A DNA stretch of 64,000 nucleotides from assembly GCA_002633005.1 (NCBI GenBank), contig NMRA01000700.1, positions 77,637 to 141,636 on the forward strand, in the 5' to 3' direction. A program made the translations under genes and the position numbers. Source of the stretch: Phoronis australis. Its lineage: Eukaryota; Animalia; Phoronida. The notes beneath the pieces are model-generated. The model saw only the letters and a program-made list of their open reading frames with translations, was not told the DNA's origin and did no database searches. How positions within the stretch are numbered: the first letter of the stretch is position 1; each line of letters opens with the position of its first letter. Shown here one piece after another: positions 1 to 11,614 of the stretch.

Positions 1-799
1 TTGTCATTATTTATGTACAAAGTTTGCGTGGCCGTTGACTGGCTATACTGCATCTACCCTTCCTCTTTACTAGACTTTGATCCATACATTGTTAACAGTG
101 CTTGCTCACTCGAGTTCATTAGAATAGCTGGTAATGAACATCGAAGCAAGCAATGATTTTATGTGGAATGGGTGCCAAACTTCTTAAAAAAGCACAGTGA
201 TTTAGAGCAAGGTCTCATTGAAAGTGGATAGCATGGAACAAAAACCACCAACGTCGAAGTCAGAGATGTTAAGTATGAGAATTTAATGTAATGCATCAAT
301 AGGATTAATTCACCAAACTGCCTTAGATGCGAGTGGCGCCTCATGAGAAACGTCACATACCGTCCATCAGTAATAGAATGTCCAATCTTTGTCCTTATTT
401 ATATGTACTTCAAACTAACGACCATTGACCAAATAGCAATTTTATTCCACATTTTATCTTAAAAGATAATACAAAGAGAAAGTGCATGTTTTTAGAGTTC
501 GAAAGGCCGACAGTCAGCTTTTTGGACTATTACCCCTTTGAACTATCGACCGAGATCAGGTTTGAGCAAAATGATCATATCCCTTCAGAGTGCAAAATAT
601 TTCCTATTTCCCCAGTTAGGCATCCCATTTTTAAGTATACACGTCACGGTTTGACCTCACCTGTTGTTTTGTTAGCATTGGTGTTTCTTTCGTTACTATG
701 CCGCCACTTTTTAAAGGTTATGGCAGGCCCTTCTCAAAGGCATTTATTGCTCTTGCTTTTGCAAAATCTGTCAACCTGCCGGCAAACAAATGCGTGCTT

Positions 800-1516
800 T
801 CATTTCCTTTCGCCACAATGTCTTTAAGAATTTGTCATTCGTAACTAAGGTGGAAGACAACACCCACCGGCATCAGAAACTTTGGTTTTGCTCCTTTTGT
901 GTGAGGCTGGAAAATCACTGCATTAGCAATGACTCCACTGCCGAAATGAGCCAAATTATCGTGGACTAAAACTGGTGTTTTCCTATCAAATTGGCTTCCG
1001 GAATTGAACTCCCCATGAACAATGCTGTTGTTGTCGTTTGTTCCCGAAGACGTATGATCAATATTAGCCAAATAAAATGTCAATGTGGTTCTTACCAATG
1101 GATGTGTGTTTACTGTAATGTCGAATACACAATTGGTTTATGAGGGCCAACTCAATTTTGCAAGAACGCTTTAACGATAAATTTTTTTTTACCCGACCCT
1201 GTAAACTCCTTTCGTGTGGAGTTGAAACTGTGCGCTGCACATTTTTGAATATACCATAAAACTATTCATGTTGAAAAACAATGAATATTACATAAGGACA
1301 CATTTATAAAGTCGACCTGGCACATTTGATAGAATTTCATTCACACAATCCGAGAAAGAAGGCGTTAAACGTGTTAACGATTTTACTCCGTGTGACAAAT
1401 ACCTTACAGACTCATGAAATATGATGTAATAATGGTACATTTCTCGCATGTGCATTCGACGTAAATTGTAACAATTTCATAAAATGTAACAACTTGTTAC
1501 ATTTTAAGAGAGGCCT
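800..1516 (+). repeat. Dispersed repeat, same orientation as ~41570-42320
   Basis: Collinear similarity from ccacaatgtctttaagaa...tgtcattcgtaactaa through gtaacaacttgttacatttta.gagaggcc. Confidence 0.85.
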
Positions 1517-4500
1517 AAAATCGTAAAATGCTAGAAGAGCTACGGGAAGTCTTGAAATGCGCCCACGAATGCAAAATAAATGGTGTGCTTTAAGGGTTCT
1601 TTATTTGAATCATAAAAATGGCCAATGGATGACGCAAAAACGTACAATCCATCCAAAAATGGGAACATATTTCATAAAATCTGTCAAAGAACTTAAGAGA
1701 AACAAAAGAAAACAGAACAAAATGAAATTACCACTTTTGGGCACAGCGTCCGTTTGATCAATCTGAAAGTCGTCATCCGTTACATTCATATAAATTCGCT
1801 TAGTGAATTTAATAAAGATCCTGCAATTGGTTTTGGAGATACAGCTAATGGCGAAAAACAAAACAAAACTACCACTAAGAGGCGCCACAGTAGTCAGTCG
1901 CCATCATCAAACGTCTTCTTTACACTGAAAACATAAAAGCCAAATTTCAAAACCACCCCTAGAATAATTTGATTGATTGGGGGGTGCACGTCAAAAACAG
2001 GATTTGAAAACAGTAAAAGTGGTCATTAGTTGACGCAAAGTACCACGATTCAATCTAAAAACCAGACGATAGCGTCATCTCACCAATAGATGCCAATATT
2101 CAAAATTTTATGAAAATTTGTTGAAGGCCTTTGAAGATACAGACTGGTAAAGGTAAACAACTAAAATTGCCACTGAGGGGCACACCAGTAGTAAGACCCG
2201 TCTGGGAGTCATCGTCGTCCGTTGTCAACATATAAACACACTTGTTCAATTCAGTAAAGATCCTACACACGGTTTAAGAGATACAGCCATGGGCACAAAA
2301 ACTGTCACTAAGGGCGACACGGTAGTCAAAGTCGTCGGAAAATCATCGTCAGCCGTGCACTTCATAGTAAAAACATACATGCCAATTTTCACAATTATTC
2401 TGAAAACGGTTCGGTTGATAGAGGGGTTGACGCCAAAAACAGACTCAAAGCCAGTAGACATGGCCACTAGGTGGCGCAAACTAGGTCGAATCTATCTGAA
2501 ATCCAGAAGATAGCGTCACCAAACTAACAGAAGCCTGTGCACCAAATTTTATGAAAATACATTGAGGACCGTTGAAGACACAGAGGTAAGCGTAAAAATA
2601 ATAAAATTGCCACTAGGTGTCACACCAGTAGTCAGATCTGTCCAAAAGTCGTAGTCATCCATTGTTATCATAATATACAAGTAAATGCACTTACTAAATT
2701 TAGTAAAGATCCTATAAACGGTTTAGGAGTTATAGCCATAGGCGCAAAAAAAAACAAAACTGCCACTAGAAGGCGCCACAGTAATCAAAGTCGTCGGAAA
2801 ATCATCGTCAACCGTCGTCTTCATAGTATGAACATACACACTAATTTTCACAATCATACTTAGAGCGGTTTGGTTATATAGAGAGGTGGACGCTAAAACA
2901 GACTCGAAAGCAGTAGAAATAGACACTAAGTGGCGCAAACTACGTAAAATCCATCTGAAAACAGGAGGGTTACCGTCGCCACACTAAAAGATGCCTATAC
3001 ACCAAATTTTGTGAAAATAGGTTATGGAACTTTGAAGATACGGAGGTAAACGTAAAACACTAAAATTGCCATTAGGGGGGCACACCAGTGATCTAATCCT
3101 TCCGAAAGTTCGCTCATGCCGTCCCATTCATAAAAGCAATACATGTGCAAAGTTTCATGAACACACGTCAATCGGTTTAGGAGATAGAGCAGCGGTCGCC
3201 GGACGACGAACGGACGCCGCCCGGACGGACGGAGATGACGGCATAATGTGTCCATCATAGATATCACATAGACCAGGCGCGCGCCACTCAGATACATGCA
3301 ACTTGCGTTGTCATAATGACGCCAGATTGGAGAGTTTTACTCAGGACATCGAAAATCGGTGGGCTCGCAGTGTTATGCTTGCAGCCGAAGAGTTCAGTTT
3401 TTTGCTTCTGCCTTTGAGTCATGGGTTTTTTGGTTCGACCATGGAGTTTAGAGGTGCTGACACTAGGTTTTTATGTTCTGCCACCGTAGTTTAAGCTGAG
3501 CGATTATGCTTTGTTTCCACATCCGTCTTGGTGATTGAAACTATATAAGATCAATTAAAAGATAATTATTGACCAGCATATGCTTTTATCCAATGATGAT
3601 GCTGTTTGCTAATTATGCTTAAGTAAATATTTGGNTGTAACAATTTCATAAAATGTAACAACTTGTTACATTTTAAGAGAGGCCTAAAATCGTAAAATGC
3701 TAGAAGAGCTAGGGGAAGTCTTGAAATGCGCCCACGAATGCAAAATAAATGGTGTGCTTTAAGGGTTCTTTATTTGAATCATAAAAATGGCCACTAGATG
3801 ACGCAAAAACGTACAATCCATCCAAAAATGGGAACATATTTCATAAAATCTGTCAAAGAACTTAAGAGAAACAAAAGAAAACAGAACAAAATGAAATTAC
3901 CACTTTTGGGCACAGCGTCCGTTTCATCAATCTGAAAGTCGTCATCTGTTACATTCATATAAATTCGCTTAGTGAATTTAATAAAGATCCTGCAATTGGT
4001 TTTGGAGATACAGCTATGGGCGAAAAACAAAACAAAACTACCACTAAGAGGCGCCACAGTAGTCAGTCGCCATCATCAAACGTCTTCTTTACACTGAAAA
4101 GATAAAAGTCATATTTCAAAACCACCCCTAGAATAATTTGATTGATTGGGGGGAGCACGTCAAAAACAGGATTTGAAAACAGTAAAAGTGGCCATTAGTT
4201 GACGCAAAGTACCACGATTCAATCCAAAAACCAGACGATAGCGTCATCTCACCAATAGATGCCAATATTCAAAATTTTATGAAAATTTGTTGAAGGCCTT
4301 TGAAGGTACAGACTGGTAAAGGTAAAAAACTAAAATTGCCACTGGGGGGCACACCAGTAGTAAGACCCGTCTGGGAGTCATCGTCGTCCGTTGTCAACAT
4401 ATAAACACACTTGTTCAATCCAGTAAAGATCCTACACACGGTTTAAGAGATACAGCCATGGGCGCAAAAACTGCCACTAAGGGCGACACGGTAGTCAAAG

Positions 4501-5804
4501 TCGTCGGAAAATCATCGTCAGCCGTGCACTTCATAGTAAAAACATACATGCCAATTTTCACAATTATTCTGAAAACGGTTCGGTTGATAGAGGGGTTGAC
4601 GCCAAAAACAGACTCAAAGCCAGTAGACATGGCCACTAGGTGGCGCAAACTAGGTCGAATCTATCTGAAATCCAGAAGATAGCGTCACCACACTAACAGA
4701 AGCCTGTGCACCAAATTTTATGAAAATACATTGAGGACCGTTGAAGACACAGAGGTAAACGTAAAAAAAAATAAAATTGCCACTAGGTGTCACACCAGTA
4801 GTCAGATCTGTCCAAAAGTCGTAGTCATCCATTGTTATCATAATATACAAGTAAATGCACTTACTAAATTTAGTAAAGATCCTATAAACGGTTTAGGAGT
4901 TATAGCCATAGGCGCAAAAAAAAACAAAACTGCCACTAGAAGGCGCCACAGTAATCAAAGTCGTCGGAAAATCATCGTCAACCGTCGTCTTCATAGTATG
5001 AACATACACACTAATTTTCACAATCATACTTAGAGCGGTTTGGTTATATAGAGAGGTGGACGCTAAAACAGACTCGAAAGCAGTAGAAATAGACACTAAG
5101 TGGCGCAAACTACGTAAAATCCATCTGAAAACAGGAGGGTTACCGTCGCCACACTAAAAGATGCCTATACACCAAATTTTGTGAAAATAGGTTATGGAAC
5201 TTTGAAGATACGGAGGTAAACGTAAAACACTAAAATTGCCATTAGGGGGGCACACCAGTGATCTAATCCTTCCGAAAGTTCGCTCATGCCGTCCCATTCA
5301 TAAAAGCAATACATGTGCAAAGTTTCATGAACACACGTCAATCGGTTTAGGAGATAGAGCAGCGGTCGCCGGACGACGAACGGACGCCGCCCGGACGGAC
5401 GGAGATGACGGCATAATGTGTCCATCATAGATATCACATAGACCAGGCGCGCGCCACTCAGATACATGCAACTTGCGTTGTCATAATGACGCCAGATTGG
5501 AGAGTTTTACTCAGGACATCGAAAATCGGTGGGCTCGCAGTGTTATGCTTGCAGCCGAAGAGTTCAGTTTTTTGCTTCTGCCTTTGAGTCATGGGTTTTT
5601 TGGTTCGACCATGGAGTTTAGAGGTGCTGACACTAGGTTTTTATGTTCTGCCACCGTAGTTTAAGCTGAGCGATTATGCTTTGTTTCCACATCCGTCTTG
5701 GTGATTGAAACTATATAAGATCAATTAAAAGATAATTATTGACCAGCATATGCTTTTATCCAATGATGATGCTGTTTGCTAATTATGCTTAAGTAAATAT
5801 TTGG
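1467..5804. repeat. Direct duplication 1467-3634 / 3636-5804 separated by a single N
   Basis: Near-identical copies with scattered SNPs and indels; the junction is exactly the N at 3635. Confidence 0.95.
1530..3260 (+). repeat. Element with an internal tandem array (~150-bp monomers in ~445-bp higher-order units) ending in (GACG)n; resembles Helentron-associated non-autonomous elements. Second copy ~3700-5430
   Basis: GCCACTA-like motifs recur at ~1620, 1730, 1871, 2022, 2169, 2305, 2463, 2609, 2762, 2923 and 3068. AAAGATCCT recurs at ~1814, 2257 and 2706. ggacgacgaacggacg...cggacggacgg tail at ~3200-3235. The family assignment is inference. Confidence 0.65.
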
Positions 5805-8575
5805 TATCAATGACAATCATATGTACTGTTACTTGTTCTGAAAAATAACATCCCCGAACCTACTCGCTAGCCATCAAAATCAGTACGTCGAAGTGAATAA
5901 TGTATTGTCTGTTGAAATATATACTGTGTAAGATACTTCAGATTTGTTACATGTAGCTCCGGGAGCCTTATGGACACGTGTATGTTCATGGCTGTTTGTA
6001 GGCTGAATAGGCTGAATGTGATTTGCATGTCACCCGACTCACATTTGAGTATGAACTATTGTGTGTGCTGACTTTTGTTTTGCCTCGTTTCCTCGGACTT
6101 TTTGTTTCTCTAAGAAGCCCCGCGAGCCCCCCCCCCCTCCGGGTGCGCGCACGTATTAGCCGGGATTTGGCCAGTCGGACTTTCGCACCCCCGAACTGCC
6201 AAATGGAATCTGGGAGAATTTTAGGGGGGTCTTCTAGATCCGCCATTGGGTTTCCACCCAACAGGGGGTTGGGGTAAGCAGACGCGGTACCCGCAATTGG
6301 CAATCTTTCAACAATGTTCGATACGCGGATGTTTAGGTCTGGAGGTCACCTGAGTATCGCGCGCCAAGGGAAATCTTACTTCTTCAAAGTATGCCGCAAT
6401 TAGGGAGTGAAAGTACTGAACAGCGTGCAGACCAGGAATTTAATGTGGGGAAGCTGGGCAGAAACGAAAACAGAAACAATTTTTCGAACAGTCTTTCGTT
6501 CAGTTGCCCAACTTTTCAAATGGCCGTTTTTACACAGCTCGTGCCAGGATATAATAGCTCACTACTGAACTGCATGGAGACTAATCCAAAATACTTGGCC
6601 ACGTGTCAAGAATCGTCCTATCGCAGCCACGTTTTCTTACTATAAAAGTAAAATATGGAACAGTGAGAACTGAGGCCAAGCGTGCGTGGGAGAAGAATTA
6701 AATTTCTTGGCGGCTGAGGTACACGCAGTACGTTTATCAGATTAAGGGCGGGGGTGGATAGGAACGGTTCGAAACAATGTGTGGGAGCGAGATTGATCTC
6801 TTTGTGAGCACATAATTGCACGGTGTGGGGATACTACAAAACACCAACAAGTGCCTGGTGCTTGATCGGGAGTAATATTATATCCTTGAGAGAGGAATAC
6901 CGTGCGTGAGAGAAAACTATTTGTTCGTTGGCAATCCCGAGCGATGCACAGGAGAGGAATTAATTATGTGTTCTTTGCTTTTTACATTATAAAATTCTCG
7001 CGTTTAGTTTAACTTGTTAGGTTGTATAGCTCAAGTTGGGCGGTTGACCGCTGTAGCCAATATCTTATACCGACCACTCCTTAAGTCCATTCTGACAATT
7101 AGGGTTGGAGGATCAGCTCTCTTTTGTTCGATAGTTGCTCTAATCTCCAATAAAATCATATCTTATTGACTCACTGTGCTGTGGCGTTAAAAATAAATTA
7201 AGTTATGTTATAAAATGTTTGAACGTAAACCAATGACATTTCTGAATTCCCCATGAAATACTTGTCATGCTTATGGTTTATGAATCACCAAACTCGCCCA
7301 ACTATACAATCGAAGTTAAGACTATCACACGCTCACAACCGCTGTACGTCTGGTAAAGTCAAGGCACGGAAGAACGCCTTAATGAACTTTAAAAACCTGT
7401 CATTTATGTATATGACTATAATGAGGTATTTTTTCTCAGTAGTTCACAATAAGTTTAGACCCCCATTAAATGAAACCTGGGTTGTATTTTAATGTTACGT
7501 AGTTACCCGGGGTCATTGACAATACTGAAAACTAAGGCTTATTGGGGCACAACAAAAGTACGTCCCAAGTGAGCAGCACGTCTCCTGGATATAATGTATT
7601 TGCGAGCGACACGAATTAAATGATAAAATTGCGCCATGTTAATGGTTTCTTTTGAAAAAACGAAAAACATAAAACCGTCACAGTGGATAACATTCTTGCA
7701 GCCGCTGAGACTATTCTAGAATCTACCACTGGCTGCTACTTTCTATTAGTTTGATATTTTCCCTATCGACTGATTGACACATAAAAAATGCATATACGTG
7801 GGGCATTACATGGTTTCTTATGTTTCTGGAAAAAAATCACACTCTTCCACCACTTCATTTGTTAGATATCGTGTTTTGAAAAGAGCTATTTACCCCGCTT
7901 GTTTACACGGCAATTCTCAGTGTCACGTGACTAGTGGCATTCTCCAATATGGCGTCAAGTTGTCAGGTACAGTAGCGCGTGCGACCGGTCTATAGTGTTA
8001 AGATGGCTGTGGCGTCCACGTATAAATATGTGTGCGTATAACAATTGTTACATTTTACGAAATTATTACATTTTACGGCGTATCAGAGCACATGAGGTGA
8101 GACCACAAAATGTTTATGAAAAAACTAAAAGTAACTTTCACTGTCCAAACTGTCCTGGATTCTTCTTTTCGCAGTCACCGGTCCCTGTTCGGGCGCCATA
8201 TGTCACGGGTTCGCATTTCAGAAATTAATAATCATACCAGCGACTACAGTTAAATCGTATATTTTACTTATCCCATCAGTACAGCCACATTTCCCGAACG
8301 CCGATTCAAGACCGACTATCCAGAGAACCTGCATTGGATTTTGCATATCAATAATTAGCCAACAAATAGCTTCAATTAGACGCCATAATGGACATCAGAA
8401 TATGGATAGTGACTCGCGTTAACGGGCAAGAGCCCGTCCCGCCACACACATATGCAGATATGTCTAAAAGACGAGCTGAATATTGGACGAGGTTCATGTC
8501 TGGAGACTGCTGTCGACGGGGTTTTTAAACCAAACAGGAGGCTTTTACATTGGTCACGCTCCAATTGCCGACGTG

Positions 8576-8943
8576 TTACCAGCCGGTCAAGCAATCAGGG
8601 CACTGAGTGCAATTTAAGCACATAAACAGACATGCAAAATACTGATACAAGTAGTTACCTGCTATTTCCGATGGCATTACAAAGAGTGCTCTCCAACCTC
8701 CACAAGTGTGTTTGGTATCTCCACTGCACACTTCATTACATTGTTTGGACGACAACACGTCGAAATCGAAGAAGTCAAATCCACACAAACATTCGTCGCC
8801 GTCGCGAGTGGCAGCAAAGGGTTGTCGCAAGCTGCCGCATAGTTGACGACAAAAAGAAGGACTATTGTGACTGCCGGTGTAGGCAAAAAAGTAGCCTGAA
8901 GTGTCTCCTTGTGACCAGCATTTGTTTATATCTTCAGAATGTT
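8576..8943 (-). CDS. WSC gene 1, WSC domain exon B (ends either at phase-1 donor 8659 or at stop 8576)
   Basis: KCW...SFCRQLCG...FAATRDGDECLCG...CNEVCSGDTKHTCGG has 8 Cys in WSC spacing. Acceptor gttatag| is phase 1 and in frame with exon A. Donor GCAG|gtaact lies at the position homologous to the gene 3 donor. Confidence 0.85.
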
Positions 8944-9643
8944 CTATAACATACACATGTATACATAAACATATCAATAAAATGGTATGGATAAATATTG
9001 ATGATAACTTGGGAGGTTCTTATCCCCGTAATCTTAGCCTGTGTGGATTTTGGATAATTCTTCAAAATCCTCGAGGGCTATAGATATGGGGCATAAGGAC
9101 TGAGAACAAGTAACAATGTATATATTCCATATTCTGAATAATGAACATTGCAATGAATTGGTCTACAGTACCTCCCTTGTCTCGCCTCGGCTTTGGTAAC
9201 TACTTTCTACATGTATGTCGGAGGCTTGTGTCCGGAGATCGTGACCTTTTAAGAAACGGCGATTTATTTTTGTTAAAATGATGTTTTTACTCAAAAACAA
9301 ACAAAATTAAAGCAAAATAGAATTAAAGTGAATCTGTAAAGTATTCTTTAAGCATTTAGTCATGCTTGCTACACATCTTATCATCCTAACTTCCACCGTG
9401 AAAATATCGTAGGTTACCATTGGTTACTGGTGATCACGTCCAAGTCAGAGAAACCCGGCGACATGTTAGTCGCATTCAAACTGGAGATCGATGATATACA
9501 ATTGAAAGAAGATTTAATGAATTAAGTCTCCTTTTTTACTAAAATTATTCGTCTTATCTTGCATAGCGCAAAAATATTGGTACAATGCCGTTTGCTGAAC
9601 ATGCAATTATTGTATTATATTTTCGCATTCGATGATGTCAGCT

Positions 9644-9710
9644 GCTGAGGGTGCAGTGGTAAAGTCGGCGACCCGGAAGTCTTGCGGAGCGGGTTCGAAG
9701 CCGACAATGG
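9644..9710 (+). mobile_element. tRNA-derived SINE head (degenerate), in intron of WSC gene 1
   Basis: A-box-like GGTGCAGTGG and B-box-like GGTTCGAAGCC at Pol III spacing; no convincing full cloverleaf. Confidence 0.4.
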
Positions 9711-10658
9711 TTTCCAGCCAAAATGTTGTTTCACGGTAGTGTTGGCCATTTCAGGCTGATAATGTGGTATTAAAAGCAAATAAGCAAGTATACGCATATT
9801 GTGTCACATACAGGCCAATTTATTGTTTACTGATTTTCGGTCAAATCTTCTTCCCAATCAGTAATTCACCTCCAAAAAACCGAAATTCAGAACAAATTTT
9901 AATGCTCCAAAGTTGCCGTAATCGCCCGAAATGTGTCACGAAAATTTAGAAATTGGTGTGCTAGTAATGCGAGCATACTCATAATATTTAAAACAACTGC
10001 ATATTGGCACTGTTACAGAAGGCAAAAAACGACGTTTTGATATTGTTTTCCCTTAAACGAATATAACAGGCAAGGTGAGTGTCCCTTGACCCTCAGATAT
10101 TCCATGCACCGCCACCGGTATTTTACTCTACATATCAGATTCACGACGACCTGACAAACATACATGTAACTACCCGGACTGTGTGAAATTTAGGCTAGGG
10201 GTCCAACGGAGCTAAAAACATCGTGGTTCCAAGCTGTATTTTGACGATAAACTGTTATAACGTTGAAAATTTTTCAAATAAATAGAACTGCACTTCTTAG
10301 CGTAGATTTTGTTAAATTAGCACTACCCTTTAGTTTCTACTATACATTGGCACACACTTACTTGTGCTACTCACACTTAAAAAATTGAACTCTTAAAATG
10401 GCTACTCCGTGTGCTAAAATGTCAGGAAATTCAGAGGCAAATAGTTCTTTCGTTTTTTTTAGATACGATAATATTCTGATAATTGTGTTTTATTTTTCTC
10501 AACGACCCGTTGCACATGAAATCCAGTTGGGATTTGGTAACACAGTCAACTATCGAATATTGACTTTGAATTTGATTTACCCATAAGCCTTGGAAAAGAT
10601 GTAACGAATTTAACTTCGGCAATAAATTTTAATAATATGTTAAGTACTTTTTTCTTAC

Positions 10659-10943
10659 CGCGCGAATAGTAGGTATTCAATATCCAGACATACGACGCCT
10701 TGCAATGGTAACTATCAACCCTACGATAGTGTTCATATTTGTTTCCACACCAGCATTCGTCGCCATTTTGTAGACCTGCTACATCAAACCAGCGACTCTT
10801 GCACATTTCTACACAAGTTTGCGCAGATGCATTTTTGCCTTTATGAGCCAAGAATGTTAGACCGGGGATTTCATCGTTGCGCTCAAAACAACCTGGCAAA
10901 TGCAAAGCTGCTTCACGGCTTAGATCGTCCATTGCGGAAGAAC
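10659..10943 (-). CDS. WSC gene 1, WSC domain exon A (lacks the last two Cys of the domain)
   Basis: PGCF...TCVEMCKSRWFDVAGLQNGDECWCGN is the WSC signature. Acceptor tctttgttgacag| at 10944 and donor CGCG|gtaaga at 10658 are both phase 1. Confidence 0.85.
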
Positions 10944-11420
10944 CTGTCAACAAAGACACACAGCATACACTGTCTTACTCCTCAACCTACCCAAATTTGC
11001 AATAAGGACAGTTTTTTGTTACAAGCTATTTGACATTGCCGTAGATGGCACTGGTCCGATTTGCCAATAATTCCGAAGAAAGAAATTGCAACTTGAGCTG
11101 CATCACGAACAAATATATATGAGTAAATATATAATAAAACTCTGTACAAAACAAATCATAATAAAACAGTAGCGGTACTTCGACTATACATCAGTCATCA
11201 AAGGCAAATAAATTTAAGAATCATAAACGCGATTGTGTAAGATACATAAAACAAGAACAATGACATTAAGCACGAATATAAGGTTGCATACATAAGAGCG
11301 CAATTACAGAAGGAATTGTCATGGAAACTAATGTACTATGAAACGTTGTAAAATTTAATAAAATACATAGGTGTTACAACTTATGGACATTATTTATATA
11401 GCGAGAAGGTATGATGGAAT

Positions 11421-11423
<3 letters not shown>

Positions 11424-11451
<28 letters not shown>

Positions 11452-11556
11452 CGTGTGTATATATATACATATACACACACATGAATATATATATATATAT
11501 AAATGTATATATATGTATATATATATATATTTATATATATATATGTATATATGTAT
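11424..11556. repeat. Imperfect (TA)n microsatellite
   Basis: Direct observation. Confidence 0.95.
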
Positions 11557-11569
11557 AATGACCTCTTAC

Positions 11570-11614
11570 CTTGAACTGCTCCGAAAATAATTGCAAAGCA
11601 GAACGTCGCTTTGT
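11570..11614 (-). CDS. WSC gene 1, signal-peptide mini-exon (45 nt, phase 1-1): (D)[14 protein letters not shown](G)
   Basis: Minus strand reads tattttattttcag|ACAAAGCG...GTTCAAG|gtaaga. The peptide is hydrophobic, in phase with the next exon, and resembles the mini-exons at 27785 and 48684. The start-codon exon is not firmly located; a weak candidate is MNLFTI at 12038-12020. Confidence 0.7.

Noticed and set aside
835-1098. 87-aa ORF and the other unlisted 60-130 aa ORFs as genes
   Set aside because: They lie within dispersed repeats or antisense to real exons, often start at non-ATG codons, and show no recognisable domains.
1530-5460. CRISPR-like or protein-coding interpretation of the regular repeats and their many short ORFs
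   Set aside because: Whole monomers are mutually similar, with no constant repeat plus unique spacer; no cas genes; eukaryotic context; the ORFs are short and inconsistent between units.
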